Positions 35,434 through 45,963 of a DNA stretch of 64,000 nucleotides are shown here, one piece after another; the stretch's first letter is position 1; each line of letters begins with the position of its first letter. The stretch spans positions 762,387-826,386 of the forward strand of contig CAWFGQ010000001.1 of NCBI GenBank assembly GCA_963815485.1, in the 5' to 3' direction. The position numbers were made by a program, and so were the translations under genes. Below the pieces are notes generated by a model that was given only the letters and a program-made list of their open reading frames with translations, was not told where the DNA came from and made no database searches. Source of the stretch: an uncultured Acidobacteriaceae bacterium. Its GTDB lineage: Bacteria > Acidobacteriota > Terriglobia > Terriglobales > Acidobacteriaceae.

Positions 35434-36954
35434 ATGGACAAAAATAGATCCAGCGGCGGAGATTCCCTCGACGGGGATGAGGCGGCGTACGGAGTTGTGC
35501 GGCCGGAGCCTGTACCGTGGTTGCACCTGATCGGCACTTTTTCTGTTTTGCTTCTGTTTTCCTGGCTCGGAATCGATTTGTCGCGGCAGTCCGATGGCGT
35601 AGCGACGATCTGGTTTACCAATGGTCTGCTGTTTGCGGTGGTGGTGACGCGACCGCGGCAGGTCTGGGTTCCCTACTTTATTGCGGGTTTCGTCGCAGAC
35701 ACGCTGGCCGACGTGATTTATGGGGATCCTCTGAAGCTTGCGGCCGGGGTCTCGCTGGCGAATTCGGTTGAAGTAATTACCTCCTCGGTGTTGTTGACGC
35801 GGTTGTTCAGCAGTCCGTTTCCTTTAACGAATCGGCGACCGCTTTTGGGATTTCTTGGCGTGGCGGTGTTGGGCGCGACGGCGATAACAAGCGCGTTGGG
35901 AGCCTCATGGACGCTGCTGTTTGTAGATGCGGGACCTTGGTGGATGCTGTTTCGCACCTGGTGGCTGGGCGATGTGTTGGGAATGGCGATCATTGCGCCG
36001 TTGGTCTTTATTCTTCAGCGGCCTGGCTTTTTTACCATGCTGCAACCGCGCCGTCTCAAGGAGACGCTGCCTCTGCTGCTGGTACCGGCAATCGCGACCG
36101 CGCTGGTCTTTAGCTACAGCAAAGACCCACTGATCTTTTTTATCTTTCCCGCATTGCTTCTGGTGGTCTTCAGGCTGGGCTTTCCCGGCACGGTGGTTTC
36201 CATCTTCGTGATCGCACTGATCTCGATCTGCTTCACGGTTTCGGGGCATGGGCCGCTGATGCTGATTACGGGATCGACCCTGCTGCATCGCATTGTGGTT
36301 GAGCAGATTTTTCTTGCTGTAGCGATCTTTACCTTCTTTCCTGTCGCGGCTCTGCTCGAAGAGCGCCAGGAATTGCAGCTCTCGTTGCAACGAAGCGAAC
36401 AGCAGTTTCGTGAGCTGGCAAAGGCCGATGCGTTGACAGGATTGGCGAACCGCCGAGGATTCGACGAGAGGCTTGAAGAGGAGTGGACACGTGCGGCGCG
36501 GGCTGGGCAGTCCCTGGCGCTGCTGCTCATCGACGTGGATCTGTTCAAGTCATACAACGATATCTACGGACATGTTGGCGGAGATACTTGCCTGCGTTGT
36601 ATTGCCCGCGTGATCGCCGACGGGTTGCAGCAGCACTCGGATGTGGCGGCACGATTCGGAGGCGAAGAGTTTGCGGTGATCCTGCCGGATACCGAGTTGG
36701 AAGCGGCGATGAGAGTAGCGGAGAGTATTCGCGTGGCGGTTGCGGGGATGAATGTTCCTCATTCCGGCAATCCCGAGGGGGTGCAGACGATCAGCATAGG
36801 AGTTGCGGCGGCGGTTCCGGAGCAGAATGGGTCGCTGGTTTCGCTGCTGACGACGTCAGATCATGCGCTGTACCGCGCCAAGTACCTGGGCCGCAATCGT
36901 GTTGAAGGCACAGCGGTTGCAATGCCGTTGCCTGAGATGTCGGCTCTAGATTGA
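35434..36954 (+). CDS. membrane diguanylate cyclase (MASE1-like N-terminal domain plus GGDEF)
   Basis: The N-terminal half has 8 or so hydrophobic segments. The GGDEF domain has RFGGEEFAVILPDT and the LTGLANRRGF linker. Confidence 0.85.
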   Translation: MDKNRSSGGDSLDGDEAAYGVVRPEPVPWLHLIGTFSVLLLFSWLGIDLSRQSDGVATIWFTNGLLFAVVVTRPRQVWVPYFIAGFVADTLADVIYGDPLKLAAGVSLANSVEVITSSVLLTRLFSSPFPLTNRRPLLGFLGVAVLGATAITSALGASWTLLFVDAGPWWMLFRTWWLGDVLGMAIIAPLVFILQRPGFFTMLQPRRLKETLPLLLVPAIATALVFSYSKDPLIFFIFPALLLVVFRLGFPGTVVSIFVIALISICFTVSGHGPLMLITGSTLLHRIVVEQIFLAVAIFTFFPVAALLEERQELQLSLQRSEQQFRELAKADALTGLANRRGFDERLEEEWTRAARAGQSLALLLIDVDLFKSYNDIYGHVGGDTCLRCIARVIADGLQQHSDVAARFGGEEFAVILPDTELEAAMRVAESIRVAVAGMNVPHSGNPEGVQTISIGVAAAVPEQNGSLVSLLTTSDHALYRAKYLGRNRVEGTAVAMPLPEMSALD

Positions 36955-36996
36955 TCCAAAAAGAGCGGACGATGACAGTAAAAACCATTAAGCAAG

Positions 36997-38025
36997 GTGA
37001 TGGCACAGAAGAAGGTTAGTTTTTTGCTGGATGCCCAGCTTGAGGGGGCGTATGCTGACGGCACGATGAAACAACTCCTTTTGCTGGTGGGTGCGTGCCT
37101 TTGCGCGTGTTTTTGCGTGGGTTGCGCTCCGGTTACGGCTACAGCTTCGACTGCCGCGAAGGCTGTCCCGGCCGCAACGGTCACGACGCCTCCGACAGGT
37201 TATGCGAAGACGATTGTGCTTTGGCCGAATGGAGCTCCCGGAGCGCTGGGGAACGGGGATGGCGATGTTCCGAAGATGTTTGTCTATCCGGCTCCGGGCG
37301 AGGGCGTTCATACGGCGGTGATTGTGATGCCGGGCGGCGGATATACGCATCTTGCGATCGAGAAAGAGGGTGGCGCCGAGGCTCGGTGGCTGAACGAACA
37401 CGGGGTGACGGCGTTCGTGCTGGAGTACAGGCTGGGACCGCGGTATCACTTCCCCTCTCCGATGCTGGATGGGGCTCGGGCAATGCGCTATGTGCGGAGT
37501 CATGCGACAGAGTTGGAAGTGGCGAAGGACAGGATTGGGTTGTGGGGGTTCTCGGCGGGAGGGCATCTGGCGGGCTATCTCGCAACCGTGCATGATGCCG
37601 GAGCAGCGAGCGCAACCGACCCCATTGAGCGTGTGAGCGACCGGCCAGACTTTGTGATTGTCTCGTATGGGCGGTTCAGCCTGGACGATTCCATCCCGCG
37701 TAAGACGAATATGGAAGGTTTGCTGGGAGAGCATCCGACGCAGGCGATGCTGGATTCCGTCTCAGTGGTGAAGCTGGTTACGAAAAATACTTCGCCGTGC
37801 TTTATTTTTTCAACGACGGAAGACCAGACCGTGAACGCAATGAATGCGACAGCCCTCTACGATGCGTTGAAGACAGCGGGCGTTCCCGTAGAACTGCATA
37901 TCTTCGAGCGCGGAGGGCACGGAGTAGGAATGGCTCAGGGGATGAAGAATCTGCCTGAGCTGGCGATTTATCCAACGTTGCTGGCGAACTGGATGGAGGT
38001 ACACGGATGGATGGCGGGAGATTAG
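36997..38025 (+). CDS. alpha/beta-hydrolase esterase (probable lipoprotein)
   Basis: Blocks VIVMPGGGY and the nucleophile elbow GFSAGGH. MKQLLLLVGACLCACFCVGC looks like a lipobox, so the real start is probably ATG 37066. Confidence 0.75.
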   Translation: MMAQKKVSFLLDAQLEGAYADGTMKQLLLLVGACLCACFCVGCAPVTATASTAAKAVPAATVTTPPTGYAKTIVLWPNGAPGALGNGDGDVPKMFVYPAPGEGVHTAVIVMPGGGYTHLAIEKEGGAEARWLNEHGVTAFVLEYRLGPRYHFPSPMLDGARAMRYVRSHATELEVAKDRIGLWGFSAGGHLAGYLATVHDAGAASATDPIERVSDRPDFVIVSYGRFSLDDSIPRKTNMEGLLGEHPTQAMLDSVSVVKLVTKNTSPCFIFSTTEDQTVNAMNATALYDALKTAGVPVELHIFERGGHGVGMAQGMKNLPELAIYPTLLANWMEVHGWMAGD

Positions 38026-38168
38026 ATGTGCCGAAATGGAAATCTGCGGTGCAGCAAAGGAACACCTGTGTTTTTTGATCGCTAAACAGGTGGTTTGTTC
38101 AGTTAGGCTAGCGAACGGGGTTCTATCATGATGTTGGCAATCTCAGGCCATGTTGCTCGAGGTATCTC

Positions 38169-40532
38169 TTGAAGGCTCGGGCACTTGATTTTCCACGACC
38201 GCGGGTTTGGAAGGCAGCATTATGCTCGTTGTCAGCCTGGCTCGCTTTTGAGTTGTACTGGCGCGTGAATCATGGGACTCATCTGGCAACGTTAGTCAGC
38301 GGGGTGGTGGCACTTGCGGGGGTTTTGGTCGCAGTGTGGGCGCTGTGGCGGGAGTATGGGCGCATGGCTCAGTTGAAAGGCGCTCAGGAGGCGCACTCGC
38401 AGTTTCTTGCGGCGGCGGAGTCGAGTCTCGATGCGTTCGGAATACTGGAATCCGTGAGAAATGAGGCAGGCGAGATTGTCGACTTTCGAATCTTGTACGT
38501 AAACGCCAATGCAGAACGGCTGGTGGGACAGCCTCGATCGCATTTGCTGGGACAAATGTTGTGTACGGTGACTCCGGCAAGGTGCGACAGCCCGATGTTT
38601 GGCAGATTCCGCAGGGTAGTGGAAACAGGGGACCCGCTGCATGACGAGTTCCAGATCGACCTTCCGGGAATCAAGGCGAAATGGCTGCGAAGCCAGGTGG
38701 TGAGGTTGAATGACGGGTTGGCAATGACCTTCAACGACATCACCGAGGCGAAGATCGCGCAGGAACGATATGTGCATCTGGCGGAGTTTACCGATTCGGT
38801 CTTCCAGAATGCTCCTTTCAGCATCGTGGCGACGGATACGAATGGGTTGATTACAGCGATGAACGTCGCGGCGGAGAAGCTGACGGGATATAGCCGCGAA
38901 GAACTGGTTGGGAAGGTTCCGCTGACCATGCTGCACGACCAGCGCGAACTGGCGGGCAAAGCACTCGGCCTCGATCCTAGCGCCAATATTGAGCAGCTTG
39001 GGTTTAAGGTGCTGACGGCGGGGATGTCCGACGGCGAGACGGAGCAGGAGTGGACGCTGGTTCGACGCGATGGAGGACGCACTCCGATCAATCTCGCGAT
39101 GCGTGCCGTGATGTCGGAGACTGGCGAGGTTAGCGGCTATGTGAGCATCGCGTTCGACGTGACGGAGCGGCGGCAGATGCTGGACTACGTAACTCATCTC
39201 GCGAGCCACGACCAACTGACGGGACTCGTAGGACGCGCGCTGCTGCAGGACAAGACAGTGCAGGCAGTGGAGCTGGCGCGGCGCTACGGCACGAAAGTTG
39301 CGGTGTTCGTGATCGACCTCGATCATTTCAAGAGAATCAACGATTCGCTCGGACACGCTTCGGGTGATCAGCTTCTCATAGAAGCGGCGAAGAGACTGAC
39401 CCGCTCGGTGCGCAGCACGGACGTTGTGGCCCGCGTCGGTGGCGATGAGTTTGTCGTGGTGATGCCGGACATCACGAGTGTGCATGATGTCGATCAGTGC
39501 GCAGCCAATTTGGTGGCGAAGCTGGCGCCTGAAATCTCAATTGACGAACACCTGGTGCAGATGACCGGAAGCGTAGGGGTTTGCATCTACCCGGACTTTG
39601 CGAGCGATGCCAAGCATCTGCTGAAGCGCGCAGATTCGGCGATGTACGTCGCTAAGGAGAACGGCCGCAACCAATATCAGATCTTCAGCGAAAACATGCT
39701 GAAGGAGACAACAGAACGGCTGACGATGGAGCATGCTCTTCGTCATGCGCTGGCTAACGGCGAACTTAGCCTGCGTTACCAGCCGCAGATCTCGTTGACG
39801 ACCGGCGCAGTAACAGGCATGGAGGCGTTGCTGCGATGGACGCATCCGAAGCTGGGAAGCGTTTCTCCCGCTCAGTTTATTCCTCTGGCCGAGGAGACTG
39901 GGCTAATCGTGCCGATTGGCGAGTGGGCCTTTATGACGGCGTGCTGCGAGGCCAAGGCGCTGCAGGATGAGTTGGGCTGGGACCTGACGGTCTCGGTGAA
40001 TCTATCGCCGCGGCAATTTCAGCAAAAGAACCTGGTGCACATCGTTGAGAACTCGCTGGCGAAGAGCGGCCTGGTTGCGGAGCGGCTCCAGATCGAGATT
40101 ACGGAGAACATGCTGATGTCCAACTCCGAAGGCGTTCTGCAAAAGCTTCAGAAGATTCGGGAGCTTGGCGCGCGCATCTCGATCGACGACTTTGGCACGG
40201 GGTTCTGCAGCTTTTCCTACCTGCTGCAGTACCAGGTCGACCGGTTGAAGATCGATCAGAGCTTTGTGAAGAAGGCCGGGACCGATGCAAACGCCGCAGC
40301 TGTTGTACGCACGATCATTGCGATGTCGCATGGGTTGAACATCAAGGTGGTCGCGGAAGGCGTGGAGACCGATGAGCAGCTTCGCTTTCTGTTAAGGAGA
40401 AAGTGCGATGAGGCGCAGGGAAACTTCATCGGCCGACCGGTGGCGGCAGAGGAGTTTTGCGAGGCTGTGCGAACCTACACGAGCCAGGTGCCTCTTCGTG
40501 CGATCGAGCTGATGAGCAGCATGATGAAGTAG
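38169..40532 (+). CDS. membrane-anchored PAS-PAS-GGDEF-EAL c-di-GMP signalling protein
   Basis: 787 aa with two N-terminal transmembrane segments. It carries GGDEF (RVGGDEFVVVMP) and EAL (EALLRW, DDFGTGFCSFSYL, KIDQSFV) motifs. Confidence 0.9.
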   Translation: MKARALDFPRPRVWKAALCSLSAWLAFELYWRVNHGTHLATLVSGVVALAGVLVAVWALWREYGRMAQLKGAQEAHSQFLAAAESSLDAFGILESVRNEAGEIVDFRILYVNANAERLVGQPRSHLLGQMLCTVTPARCDSPMFGRFRRVVETGDPLHDEFQIDLPGIKAKWLRSQVVRLNDGLAMTFNDITEAKIAQERYVHLAEFTDSVFQNAPFSIVATDTNGLITAMNVAAEKLTGYSREELVGKVPLTMLHDQRELAGKALGLDPSANIEQLGFKVLTAGMSDGETEQEWTLVRRDGGRTPINLAMRAVMSETGEVSGYVSIAFDVTERRQMLDYVTHLASHDQLTGLVGRALLQDKTVQAVELARRYGTKVAVFVIDLDHFKRINDSLGHASGDQLLIEAAKRLTRSVRSTDVVARVGGDEFVVVMPDITSVHDVDQCAANLVAKLAPEISIDEHLVQMTGSVGVCIYPDFASDAKHLLKRADSAMYVAKENGRNQYQIFSENMLKETTERLTMEHALRHALANGELSLRYQPQISLTTGAVTGMEALLRWTHPKLGSVSPAQFIPLAEETGLIVPIGEWAFMTACCEAKALQDELGWDLTVSVNLSPRQFQQKNLVHIVENSLAKSGLVAERLQIEITENMLMSNSEGVLQKLQKIRELGARISIDDFGTGFCSFSYLLQYQVDRLKIDQSFVKKAGTDANAAAVVRTIIAMSHGLNIKVVAEGVETDEQLRFLLRRKCDEAQGNFIGRPVAAEEFCEAVRTYTSQVPLRAIELMSSMMK

Positions 40533-40584
40533 CGGCGCGTGGATTCGTCCCGACGTTGCAACTTCGTGTCCGGCTCCCGTATGG

Positions 40585-40842
40585 CTAGGTCGTGGTGCCT
40601 CGCCTGAGCAAATGGTAGATACCGAGCAGGATGAGAGCGCCCACGAGGGACATCCAAAAACCCGCTGAGTCTTCAGGTCCATAGTTGCCGACAACGCGAC
40701 CAAGCCGAGTCCCCAGAAAAGAACCAACAATGCCGATGAGCATGGTAATCAAGATGCAGCCAGGTTCCTTGCCGGGCATGATGAGCCTGGCGATGGCGCC
40801 GACGACGAGACCGATCAGAGCCGTCCAGAGCAGATGCAACAT
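40585..40842 (-). CDS. GlsB/YeaQ/YmgE-family small membrane stress protein
   Basis: 85 aa: MLHLLWTALIGLVVGAIARLIMPGKEPGCILITMLIGIVGSFLG... A GGAGGA RBS lies upstream of ATG 40842. The ORF track extends to 40947. Confidence 0.75.
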   Translation of the reverse strand: MLHLLWTALIGLVVGAIARLIMPGKEPGCILITMLIGIVGSFLGTRLGRVVGNYGPEDSAGFWMSLVGALILLGIYHLLRRGTTT

Positions 40843-41016
40843 AGTTGATCCTCCGTGCTGGGTTACCAGGGACGACCGGGCATGTCTCGGTTGTTGGGGA
40901 ATAAGCACCCTCTTGCTGAGGGTGAACACAACTGCATGATTCAGCATGGAGTTTTTTGTCTTCGATACCTGGGGTGGCTTAGCTCTGGCTGATTTTGAAG
41001 ACGTGCTTTCCCAGCG

Positions 41017-41769
41017 TCATTGCTGCTTTCGAGAGGGTTTAAGATTGCGCGCGGGTTTCAGATCGTTGGAGGCTCTCTTTGCGGTGGTTGCAGCCGGAGC
41101 CGAGGACACTGGAAGTACGGTATCTTCCCACAGCTTCAGACCGCCATCGATGGCGTTGCTATTGGCTCCGAGGATCACGTGGGTGGGCAAGCCCTTCATC
41201 ATTTTCGCGTTGCCGCCGCCAAGCAGTACTGAGTCGCAGACCATTGCGGCCTGAAGATGGCTGATAACGTCGAGGACAGATTTTCTCCAGGCCTTTTTGC
41301 CTCGGCGATTGAGACCGGCGACGCCGACATAGTCCTCGTAGGTGCGACCGTTTTTGTAGGGCAGATGGGCCAGTTCGAGCGGGATCACAACGCCGTCAAA
41401 GACCATGGCAGAACCAAGGCCGGTGCCCACTCCCAGAAACAGCATACGGCCACCCTTGTAGCCACCCAAAGCCTGCATGGCTGCATCATTGATGAAGCGG
41501 ATTGGCTTGCCGAAGCGGCTGGCGTAAGGAAAGTCGATCCATCCCGGAGCAAGGTTGTGAGGCTCGGCGAGAGGATGGTCGTGAGCGACCGGGCCCGGGT
41601 AGCCAATCGATATGCGGTCATAGTCCCAGCCCTCTGTGGTCACCAGAACCGCTGTTGTCATTTGCTCTGCAGTCATGGTTGGTCCGGAGGGAATCTTGAC
41701 CGGAACACGCATGTCCGTCGATGCGACTTTGACGTGGGTTCCACCGATATCAATGACAAGGATTTTCAT
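41017..41769 (-). CDS. ROK-family sugar kinase (glucokinase/polyphosphate-glucokinase-like)
   Basis: 250 aa starting MKILVIDIGGTHVKV (ATP-binding DxGxT), with further blocks INDAAMQALGG and GVGTGLGSA. The ORF track extends to 41961. Confidence 0.75.
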   Translation of the reverse strand: MKILVIDIGGTHVKVASTDMRVPVKIPSGPTMTAEQMTTAVLVTTEGWDYDRISIGYPGPVAHDHPLAEPHNLAPGWIDFPYASRFGKPIRFINDAAMQALGGYKGGRMLFLGVGTGLGSAMVFDGVVIPLELAHLPYKNGRTYEDYVGVAGLNRRGKKAWRKSVLDVISHLQAAMVCDSVLLGGGNAKMMKGLPTHVILGANSNAIDGGLKLWEDTVLPVSSAPAATTAKRASNDLKPARNLKPSRKQQ

Positions 41770-41800
41770 TGTGGCTTGGATGTTATCAGCGGCGCACACG

Positions 41801-42403
41801 TCACGGCTTCCCTGAGTCGATTGTCGCGCGGATGAGTTTGTCGAGTTTGGGAAATTCCCGGTCGAGATAAGCATTGCCGCCTTCGAACATCTCGTCCTGA
41901 TGGCCGGCGCGCATGCCTCCGCCGGAGTGCTCACCGTAGCCGCTGTAGAGTTTTTCAACAACGTCCATACCTTCGACGACTTTACCGAATGGGGCGAAGC
42001 CCGCTTCGCCGTCGTTACGCGCGCTGTTGTCTCCGAGGTTGATATAAGCCTGCGTGGATCGCGTGTTGGGGCCGGTGTTAGAGAAGGCGACGAAGCCGGG
42101 AGTGTTGTGCTGTTTGAGCGTGTCGTCGGGGATGGTGGCCTTACGTTGCTGCTGAGCGATTTTCGGGTCGCCGTTGATGCCGAACTGCGCCCACCGGCCG
42201 GGAACGACGCGGAAGAAACGTGAGTCGTCGTAATACTTCGACTGGATGAGCGAGTAGAAACGATCTGCGCCGTTTGGAGCCCAATCGCGGTGAACCTCGA
42301 TCACGAAATTACCAGCCGTGGTTTCGAACTTCGCGCGAAAGACTTCGGGAGATTGGTTGGGGGCGAAGGAAAGAGCAAGCAGGAGTGAGAGCAGGTAAAC
42401 CAT
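41801..42403 (-). CDS. cyclophilin-type peptidyl-prolyl cis-trans isomerase, exported
   Basis: 200 aa with blocks FETTAGNFVIEVHRDWAPNGADRFYSL...FFRVVPGRWAQFG and FAPFGKVVEGMDVV. Confidence 0.85.
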   Translation of the reverse strand: MVYLLSLLLALSFAPNQSPEVFRAKFETTAGNFVIEVHRDWAPNGADRFYSLIQSKYYDDSRFFRVVPGRWAQFGINGDPKIAQQQRKATIPDDTLKQHNTPGFVAFSNTGPNTRSTQAYINLGDNSARNDGEAGFAPFGKVVEGMDVVEKLYSGYGEHSGGGMRAGHQDEMFEGGNAYLDREFPKLDKLIRATIDSGKP

Positions 42404-42602
42404 GCACCCAGACTAATCGCTGTTGATTTTCTGCTGTGCGATTTTCGATGCGCCTCATGGAATTTAGCTGTTTTCGGGGCAAGGCGTAAATCTAAATTGC
42501 TGAAAATTATGGATTTACTAAATCGAAAGAAAATTTATTGACAATCATATCTCAATTGGATTATTGTGGTGGTGGGCACTCCTGCCCCGGAGATTCGAAA
42601 TT

Positions 42603-43067
42603 ATGCGTAAAGTACTTGTGGCCACCCTCGCCCTGACCCCGATGCTTCTTCACGCTCAGGTAAATTCGCCTGCCCAACCCCAGAGCACCCCGAATACCTT
42701 GCAGTCCAGGCTCGATTCGCCTGCAGACGTTTCTGCAGCGGATCCTGGCACAGCACACGTCGCTCCGGTTCGCATTTCCACCGGAGTAACGGCTCCGAAG
42801 CTGGTTTACACCGTGCCGGTAGAGACGGACTCCGACACGGCCCGCTCCGGCTTCAACTACGACAGAAAGACTGTTGTTGCAATGACGGTCGATGCAACTG
42901 GTAAGCCAGGTGAGTTGAAGATTGTCAAACCGATCAATCCTGTGATGGATAGGAATGTTCTCGCAGCGGTAAGGCAGTACCGGTTTGCTCCAGGCACACT
43001 GGACGGTAAGCCGGCAGCGGTTCCTGTGAATCTTGAGATCGTTCTCCGCAATTCGGCTCGGTATTAG
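42603..43067 (+). CDS. secreted TonB C-terminal-domain-like protein
   Basis: Signal peptide MRKVLVATLALTPMLLHAQ. The C-terminus VVAMTVDATGKPGELKIVKPINPVMDRNVLAAVRQYRFAPGTLDGKPAAVPVNLEI resembles the TonB_C fold. It has no transmembrane or Pro-rich TonB parts. Confidence 0.6.
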   Translation: MRKVLVATLALTPMLLHAQVNSPAQPQSTPNTLQSRLDSPADVSAADPGTAHVAPVRISTGVTAPKLVYTVPVETDSDTARSGFNYDRKTVVAMTVDATGKPGELKIVKPINPVMDRNVLAAVRQYRFAPGTLDGKPAAVPVNLEIVLRNSARY

Positions 43068-43106
43068 AACGGCTGTTGCAGCGCCCTCCCTGAAGAATTT
43101 GAAAAC

Positions 43107-43143
43107 AAGAGGCGGACTCTGATGAGTCCGCCTCTTGCTTTTT
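43107..43143. terminator. bidirectional intrinsic terminator
   Basis: 13-bp stem AAGAGGCGGACTC / GAGTCCGCCTCTT (43107-43119 and 43124-43136) with loop TGAT. T-rich runs flank both sides. Confidence 0.75.
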
Positions 43144-43181
43144 GTAATCGTTTAGCGTGTGTTTCCGGTCATGCGATAGAG

Positions 43182-43304
43182 TCATCTGGGACGAAGGACC
43201 AGAAACAATACAAACATAATGACAATAATGCCCACGATTACATAGATCATCATGGGGCCAGCGAAGCTGGGGCGTTTCTCCGAGGGCTGGACTGGCTGCT
43301 CCAT
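43182..43304 (-). CDS. possible 40-aa single-pass membrane peptide
   Basis: Own translation: MEQPVQPSEKRPSFAGPMMIYVIVGIIVIMFVLFLVLRPR. It ends 46 nt before the bidirectional terminator. I have no conservation evidence. Confidence 0.25.
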   Translation of the reverse strand: MEQPVQPSEKRPSFAGPMMIYVIVGIIVIMFVLFLVLRPR

Positions 43305-43500
43305 CGTTAATTGGATGCAGATCGTGGCCAAGCGGAATTTTTTTCAGACATTCGCACATGACGGTGGACTCACCTGAGGATGGGTTCAAGTGCAAAGTGC
43401 CCAGTATCAAGGAGCTGTAGGTCGCGTTGGGCTGCATTCAAAGACGATTGACGTTTTGGCTGCTAACCGTTGAAGATGGGAATATTTTATGGGGTGAGAG

Positions 43501-44298
43501 TTGAGGATTGGTCAGACTGCGTGTGTCGTTCTTGCTGTTTCGGTGGCCGGTGGTTTGGCGCAGAGTGCCGCTCCTCGTCCGAAGTTTGATGTGTTTGAGG
43601 TGGCAACGATCAAGCCGGTGGAGCCCGATGCCAAGGCTGGGCGATACATCGTGATGCAGGGCACGAATCGGTTTGTGGAGAAGGCTTACACGCTGAAACT
43701 GCTGATTGCGGCGGCTTACGATCTTAATCCGCGTGAGATTTCAGGCGGGCCGGGATGGATTGAGTCGGACCACTATGACATTGTTGCTGTGACACCTGGG
43801 GGAGTTCGTCCGACGCATGATGAGCAGATGTCGATGCTGCGCCATTTGCTTAGCGATCGATTTCAACTTGCGTTTCATCGCGAACAGAAAGTGTTCTCGA
43901 TCTATGAGCTGGAGATTGCGAAGGGTGGGCCGAAGCTGAAGGCGAGCGCGTCGCCTCCGGATGATCCGCCGGCACTGATCAGTACGGTTTATCCGCAGCG
44001 CATTGTGATGCCAGCGCGGAACGTGACGATGAACGATCTGACACGGTTGATGCAGCGAGCGATTCTTGATCGACCAGTTGTGGATAAGACTGGTCTTTCA
44101 GGACGATATGATTTCGATCTGGAGTGGGCTCCGGATGAGACGCAGTTTGGCGGCGAGGTTCCGGTAGCATCGGCAGATGCGCCGAGTCCGCCGCTGTTTA
44201 CGGCGATGCAGGAACAGCTTGGGTTGCGACTGGTGGCGACGAGAGGGCCGGTGGATGCGCTTGTGGTGGATAGGGCCGAACGGCCTTCGGCGAACTGA
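43501..44298 (+). CDS. TIGR03435-like (DUF3738) secreted protein, copy 1
   Basis: 265 aa with a signal peptide and family blocks FEVATIKP, GPGWIESDHYDIVA, VVDKTGLSGRYDFDLEW and LGLRLVATRGPVDALVVD. Confidence 0.8.
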   Translation: MRIGQTACVVLAVSVAGGLAQSAAPRPKFDVFEVATIKPVEPDAKAGRYIVMQGTNRFVEKAYTLKLLIAAAYDLNPREISGGPGWIESDHYDIVAVTPGGVRPTHDEQMSMLRHLLSDRFQLAFHREQKVFSIYELEIAKGGPKLKASASPPDDPPALISTVYPQRIVMPARNVTMNDLTRLMQRAILDRPVVDKTGLSGRYDFDLEWAPDETQFGGEVPVASADAPSPPLFTAMQEQLGLRLVATRGPVDALVVDRAERPSAN

Positions 44299-44384
44299 TT
44301 GGTGCGTCGTTGTGAAGGATTTTGGGGCGATAGGGGGTGTCGCCAGTATGATTCAGGAAACCCTCTTTTCGAAAGGAAGTCCCC

Positions 44385-45650
44385 TTGATCCGATTCCGTG
44401 CGCTCGCTGCTGTCGCTCTTTTTAGCTCTGCTTTGCTTTCCGCCGCGCAAACGCCGCGTACCAAGCCCGTTACGGACGCGGAGGTTGCGAGTATTACGCG
44501 TGACGCGATCCTGATCGACACACACGACGACGTTACCTCGAAGACTGTCGATGGCTACAACATTGCCACTCCGAATAAAGGTGGGCAGACGGATCTGGCG
44601 CGCATGAAGGGTTTTCTAGGGGCTGAGTTTTTTGCTGTGTACGTCGGGGCGGAGTATGTCGAGGGGAATCACTCGGCGAATCGTGCACTGCAGATGATCG
44701 ATACGACGCGTACGGATATTATTGCGGCGCATCCGAATGATTTTGTGTTTGCGACCACGGCGGACGAGATCGTTGCGGCGCATAAGCAGCACAAGATTGC
44801 GGCGTTGATGGGGATTGAGGGTGGGCACGCGATTGAGGATTCGCTGCGGCTGCTGCGGGACTACTATGCGCTGGGCGTGCGGTACATGACGCTGACTCAC
44901 TTCAACACGAACAACTGGGCTGACTCGCAAGGGGACTTTGAAGATGTGAAGGTGAAGCACCATAACGGGCTTACTCCGTTTGGAAAAGATGTTGTGCGGG
45001 AGATGAACCGGCTGGGGATGATGGTGGATATTTCGCACACGGCGGATAAGACGTTTTACGATGCGCTTGAGGTTTCGACTGCGCCGATTATTGCGTCGCA
45101 CTCGAGTTGCAGGGCGGTGTCGAACCATACGCGGAATCTGACGGACGATATGATTCGCGCGCTGGCGGCGAAGGGTGGGACGATGCAGATCAACTTCGAT
45201 TGTGCCTATCTTTCGCAGCACTACCTGGATGCTTCGAAGCCGATTATGGCGGAGTTGCGGCCACGTTTCCTGGAGGCGATGAAGATCCAGGATCCGATTG
45301 CGAAGGCGGCGGCGATCGATAAGCTCGAGGAGGAATCAACTGCGAAGCTACCGCCGGCTACGCTGGCTGATGTGGTTGAACAGATCGACCATGCGGTGAA
45401 GATTGGCGGGATCGACCATGTGGGGATTGGGACGGACTTCGATGGGGTGGGATGCGTGCCGAAGGAGCTCAGTTCTTACGCTGAGTTCCCTGCTCTGACT
45501 CGGGCGCTGCTGGAGAAGGGATATTCGGCTGGCGATATAAAGAAGATTTATGGGGGAAATCTTCTTCGGGTGATGCGTGCGGTGGAGCAGCGGGCTCGAG
45601 AGTTGAAGTCGATGCCGCCGATTGAGACGAAGATAGAAAAACAGCCCTGA
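44385..45650 (+). CDS. membrane dipeptidase (peptidase family M19)
   Basis: 421 aa with a signal peptide and blocks DTHDD, GIEGGHAIE, LTHFNTNNWADS, VDISH and GTDFDG. Confidence 0.85.
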   Translation: MIRFRALAAVALFSSALLSAAQTPRTKPVTDAEVASITRDAILIDTHDDVTSKTVDGYNIATPNKGGQTDLARMKGFLGAEFFAVYVGAEYVEGNHSANRALQMIDTTRTDIIAAHPNDFVFATTADEIVAAHKQHKIAALMGIEGGHAIEDSLRLLRDYYALGVRYMTLTHFNTNNWADSQGDFEDVKVKHHNGLTPFGKDVVREMNRLGMMVDISHTADKTFYDALEVSTAPIIASHSSCRAVSNHTRNLTDDMIRALAAKGGTMQINFDCAYLSQHYLDASKPIMAELRPRFLEAMKIQDPIAKAAAIDKLEEESTAKLPPATLADVVEQIDHAVKIGGIDHVGIGTDFDGVGCVPKELSSYAEFPALTRALLEKGYSAGDIKKIYGGNLLRVMRAVEQRARELKSMPPIETKIEKQP

Positions 45651-45963
45651 AAGGCTTTGAGATGAGTCGTGCGAATTGGCGAAATGTTGCTGAGGAAGGG
45701 AGTGAGTTCTCCTCGACCATTGGCTGATCATGCAGTAATTTGCGCAGTGCGGTTGAAATCTGTTGCATGATGACTATGGTGGTTCTGCGGAAGAAATGCA
45801 CTGAAACGGGTATTTCCAGATAATGTGCTGCATGGATAGATTGGCAACGCAGGTCGTGGGAGATATTCCACGAATTTCGTTGTTCGTCAGGTGATTTAAG
45901 ATTCCACCCTCGGCCCATCCCAGCCAGGTTGCCTTTCTGATTCTGGCTCATCACGAGCCCGCA

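Noticed and set aside
42934-43437. 167-aa minus-strand ORF spanning the TonB_C gene end and the terminator.
   Set aside because: It crosses a strong bidirectional terminator and overlaps a better-supported gene. The only locally plausible coding segment is the separate 40-aa membrane peptide in another frame.
45892-45894. In-frame TGA before the GT14 conserved N-terminus as a possible selenocysteine or read-through codon.
   Set aside because: The position lies in a non-conserved leader segment rather than a redox motif, and I see no SECIS-like hairpin immediately downstream. A nonsense mutation or an alternative start is the simpler explanation.
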